Source of the DNA: Batkoa obscura
Lineage: Eukaryota
DNA: 64,000 bases
Direction: 5' to 3'
NCBI GenBank assembly: GCA_030770535.1
Contig: JASVEC010000003.1
Location: 62,001 to 126,000 of the forward strand
Shown here: positions 60,484 to 64,000 of the stretch, in pieces
Layout: every line of letters starts with the position of its first letter
Position numbering within the stretch: position 1 is the first letter of the stretch
Program-made: the position numbers and the translations under genes
Notes under the pieces: generated by a model
What the model saw: only the letters and a program-made list of their open reading frames with translations
Told to the model about the DNA's origin: nothing
Database searches by the model: none

Positions 60484-60985
60484 ATAATCTAGCACTTAAT
60501 TCATCATACTTTTTATTATGTTTGCATTAATAAAAACTTGACAGCTTTTGCTTAATTTACTCCTATTTTATGTTTACTAATCTATAAACAAATGGTTAAA
60601 CAGCTCAATACGCTATTTAAACCAGTGTAAACGAATAATTTCCAGTCATTATAATGTCTCAATAAGTTTTTTAACACCTTTTTAATATCAAGTTCCTACT
60701 CTTTAAGAAGTTACTACTGTTATTCAACAAATAAGCAATGTAAAATTTAAATAATCATTTACGCTGTCTTGATTAAATGTTATCAAGAATAATTAGTTTG
60801 TTGATTTTATTTATTAATTTTTTAACTTCATAAAGTATATAATATCAAACCACATTTGATCCCATTTAAATACAAAAAAAGTAGCGTTGATATATTATAG
60901 TTTAAAGTTATGATTTAACTTCAATAAAATGTAATATTGATGCTAATAATAAATAAAAAAATAGATAATTTCATTTACTAAATAT

Positions 60986-61083
60986 GAGGATATTTTTTTA
61001 GTTTCATTACTTTTTCGACTTTTTAAGCGTTATTTGAGCGAAAAAATTGTTAGTAAAATTATTAAACACAAAAATACATCCCC
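60986..61083. mobile_element. MITE family copy
   Basis: ATAT-GAGGATATTTTT...AAAATACATCCCC-ATAT. Confidence 0.8.
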
Positions 61084-61485
61084 ATATAATAAATTCAATT
61101 CCATTTTTAAAATTTATTTTGATTTTATTGTAAGTCATAAATGTAGCTTATAAAAACTGAAATTCTTAATGTATATTTAATAAGCTATTATGAGCTGTTA
61201 AATATTATTTTATAATAAGATATTATAAACTTATTATTATTTAAACATGAAGATATATAATAAAAATTTAAAAACATTAAAAAAATTTTAATATAAGGAT
61301 GTTTGAATTAGTTTCAGAATTTAAAAATTAATCTAAATTTTAAGTTTTTAAATTTGTAAGTCCTTGATATATGATTAGTTAAATTTAATTCAAGAAACTT
61401 ATTTTTTTTAAATAATTAATTTTTTTAATTATATTCCTTATATTATTTTTGTTAAATGTTTAATAGACATAATATATAAATATAT

Positions 61486-62051
61486 GGGGTGTATTTTCTT
61501 GTTTAATAATTTTGTTAGCAATATAAAAGTTGATACTTAGTGGTCGAAGTTAAAAGCTACTCTTGCTTTATTAACTTGCCTTGAGTCGAAGGGTCTTAGT
61601 TTATGTAACTAAGGTAGACTTAACTTAATAGAAATAGTATGTAGTAAGCTACGAATTATGTAAAACAAATACAATGGAAGATACTACTATAAAATCTATA
61701 TCAGATGTTGCCAGAAAGACTTAGTGACTTTATTAATGATACGTTATCAGGGAGTAATCCAATTAAAAAGCCTCGAGTTATCATATTGAAGAATCTCTTT
61801 TATACTCCAATAAGTATGGATATCAAAACGAGAAGATAATATTGTTTGCAATATGAAGTTAGAAATTCTCACAGCAAATCAAAATAAGGGACTCGGACTT
61901 GGTTATGTTTGAACTTGAGAACACAACAACTTAAATGATTGTTGTGTTATAATCAATCCGAGGGCTAAATAAAGCAATATTTCACAGCAATCTTTCTGCT
62001 GAAATAACGCTTAAAAAATGGAAAAAGTAATTAAGCTAAAAAAACACCTCC
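61486..62051. mobile_element. MITE interrupted by a solo-LTR-like element (61522-61986)
   Basis: MITE halves rejoin if 61522-61986 and one GCAA copy are removed; GCAA is duplicated on both sides of the insert. Confidence 0.82.
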
Positions 62052-62297
62052 ATATAATTATTTAAATAATTTAGCTATTTATTAAATTTAATAAAAATAA
62101 TAACAGTAATAAATATTCATTAAATAATATGCATGTAAAGATGTTTTTCTAATTTCATCACTTTTTACATTTTTTAAATGCTGTTTAAGAAAAAACTATT
62201 AGTAAAATTATTAAATAAAAAATCACATCCTCATAAATTAAATAGAACTAAAAAAATAATATATAATAAATATTTTGATAATTTAAAAATAAAACAA

Positions 62298-62793
62298 CGT
62301 GAAAGTTAGTACTCAGTGGTTGGAGTTAAAAGCAGTTCTTGGTTGATTAACTAGCCTTGAGTTGAATAGTCTTAGTTTGTGTAACTAAGATAGACTTAAA
62401 TTAGTAAGAATAATGCACAATAGGCTATGAACTATGTAAAACAAATATAATAGAAAATACTACTGTAAAATCTAAGTAAGGTATTGTCAGAAAGACTTAG
62501 TGGCTTTGTTAACGATACGATCCCAGGGAATAATCCAATCAAAAAGCATCGAGTTATCATGTTGAAGAATCTCTTTTATACTCCAACAAGTATGGATATC
62601 AAAACGAAAGGATAATATTCTTTGCAATGTGAAGTTAGAAATTCTCACAGCAAATCTAAATGAGGAACTCTGAATTGATTATACCACATGGTTCACGGTC
62701 AAATTGATTACAAGACTACAACTAGTTTTGTAAACAACTTAAATGATTATTATCTTATAATTAATCCGAGAGCTGATAAACCAATATTTCACA
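62298..62793 (+). mobile_element. Solo-LTR-like element (type I tail)
   Basis: CGTGAAAGTTAGTACTC...AATATTTCACA. Confidence 0.75.
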
Positions 62794-62969
62794 CTTTTTT
62801 CTTTATTAAAATTTTTTTTATCTTTGCTTTATTTTTTATTACTATATTTATTTTATTTTTAAATAACTTTTTTTTAACTATATATTAGGCATATGTATTA
62901 TATGATTTTTTTTGCTATATTTTTAAAATTACTTAGTATGTATTTAAAAAATGTTAATTTAGCTATTGT

Positions 62970-63433
62970 TGTAAAATATCGCTTTATAAGCTCTCAGATT
63001 GATTATAACACAACAATCACTTAAGTTGTTGTGTTCTCAAGTTCAAGCACAATCAAGTCAGTGTCCATTATTTAGATTTGCTGTGAGAATTTCTAACTTC
63101 ACATTGCAAAGAATATTATCCTTTCGTTTTGATATCCATACTTGTTGGAGTACAAAAGAGATTCTTCAATATGATAACTCGATGCTTTTTGATTGGATTA
63201 TTCCCTGGGATCGTATCGTTAACAAAGCCACTAAGTCTTTCTGACAATACCTTACTTAGATTTTACAGTAGTATTTTCTATTATATTTGTTTTACATAGT
63301 TCATAGCCTATTGTGCATTATTCTTACTAATTTAAGTCTATCTTAGTTACACAAACTAAGACTATTCAACTCAAGGCTAGTTAATCAACCAAGAACTGCT
63401 TTTAACTCCAACCACTGAGTACTAACTTTCACA
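62970..63433 (-). mobile_element. Solo-LTR-like element (type II tail)
   Basis: Reverse complement TGTGAAAGTTAGTACTC...GATATTTTACA. Confidence 0.75.
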
Positions 63434-64000
63434 GTATTAAATTTAATAAAAATTCTGCTAACTTATGATATAAATTATTTTATAATTTAAAATTGTGTTG
63501 GGTACTTTTGGTCTTTAATAAAGAATTTATTTTTATAGAATTTTAAGCAAAGTTTAAAATACAAAATATTTAAAAATTGAATAAAAAAAATGAACTCAAT
63601 TTGGACATCCCCATATTATTTTTCAATCAATAAATTCAAAAAGTTCTATATTATAAATTGAAAAATATTTAGTAAGATAAAGTTGAATCAATAATAAAAT
63701 GAATAAAACAATTATAAATAACAGTCTATTGATCAAGTGAAATATAATAAATAACTATACTATTAAGTAAAAAAAGCTTGAAAATATACAAAAATAATGT
63801 AAACTTATTAAGTTAAAAGTTATTAATATTTGAACAAAGCATGAAATAAATGCAAATGCCTTATTTGTATGAATTTATTTTAATTTTTTTGGACATTGAT
63901 TCAATGGATAAACCTATCATCCGTTCAATCTCTTCTTCCATAGCCTCAACTCTATTCGAAAAGCACCCTTTAATAAACATAACTCTTTGTAATTATTGAT

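Noticed and set aside
62688..63244. 66-aa and 81-aa ORFs
   Set aside because: They lie in LTR-like repeats; homologous copies have stops in these frames.
63860..64000. Possible 3' end of a minus-strand gene
   Set aside because: Only about 40 codons at the window edge with no recognisable motif.

Overview
Very AT-rich eukaryotic DNA with many short (about 45-70 nt) GT-AG introns. The gene content (Sho1, Vts1, ATP19, DDX41, intronless F-box genes) suggests an early-diverging fungus, possibly entomophthoralean; this is inference only. Two gene-dense blocks are present. Block 1 (0.6-28.7 kb) holds Vma12, Sho1, a Mit1/CHD-like remodeller, three Sec11 paralogues, Pus1, Vts1, TatD, eIF3g and Nup188. 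Block 2 (35-50.4 kb) holds Elp5, Pho13, alpha-COP, Swp1, a secreted Cys-rich protein, DDX41, Atp19, Rpn12 and uS11m. Repeat-rich tracts at 29-32 kb and 53-64 kb carry a ~95-100 bp MITE family, ~465-545 bp TG...CA solo-LTR-like elements, small secreted or GPI proteins and an F-box gene. The most striking structure is a 2.7-kb inverted duplication (32114-34830 / 50545-53262) enclosing the 15.7-kb block 2. Each arm carries tRNA-Arg(ACG) and an identical C2-domain gene within an apparently identical 1998-bp core, plus a 119-aa orphan ORF. The two ORF copies are only about 61% identical although the DNA on both sides of them is (near-)identical. A 408-bp hairpin abuts the left arm. All gene models and comparisons were made by eye, so exon boundaries are approximate.
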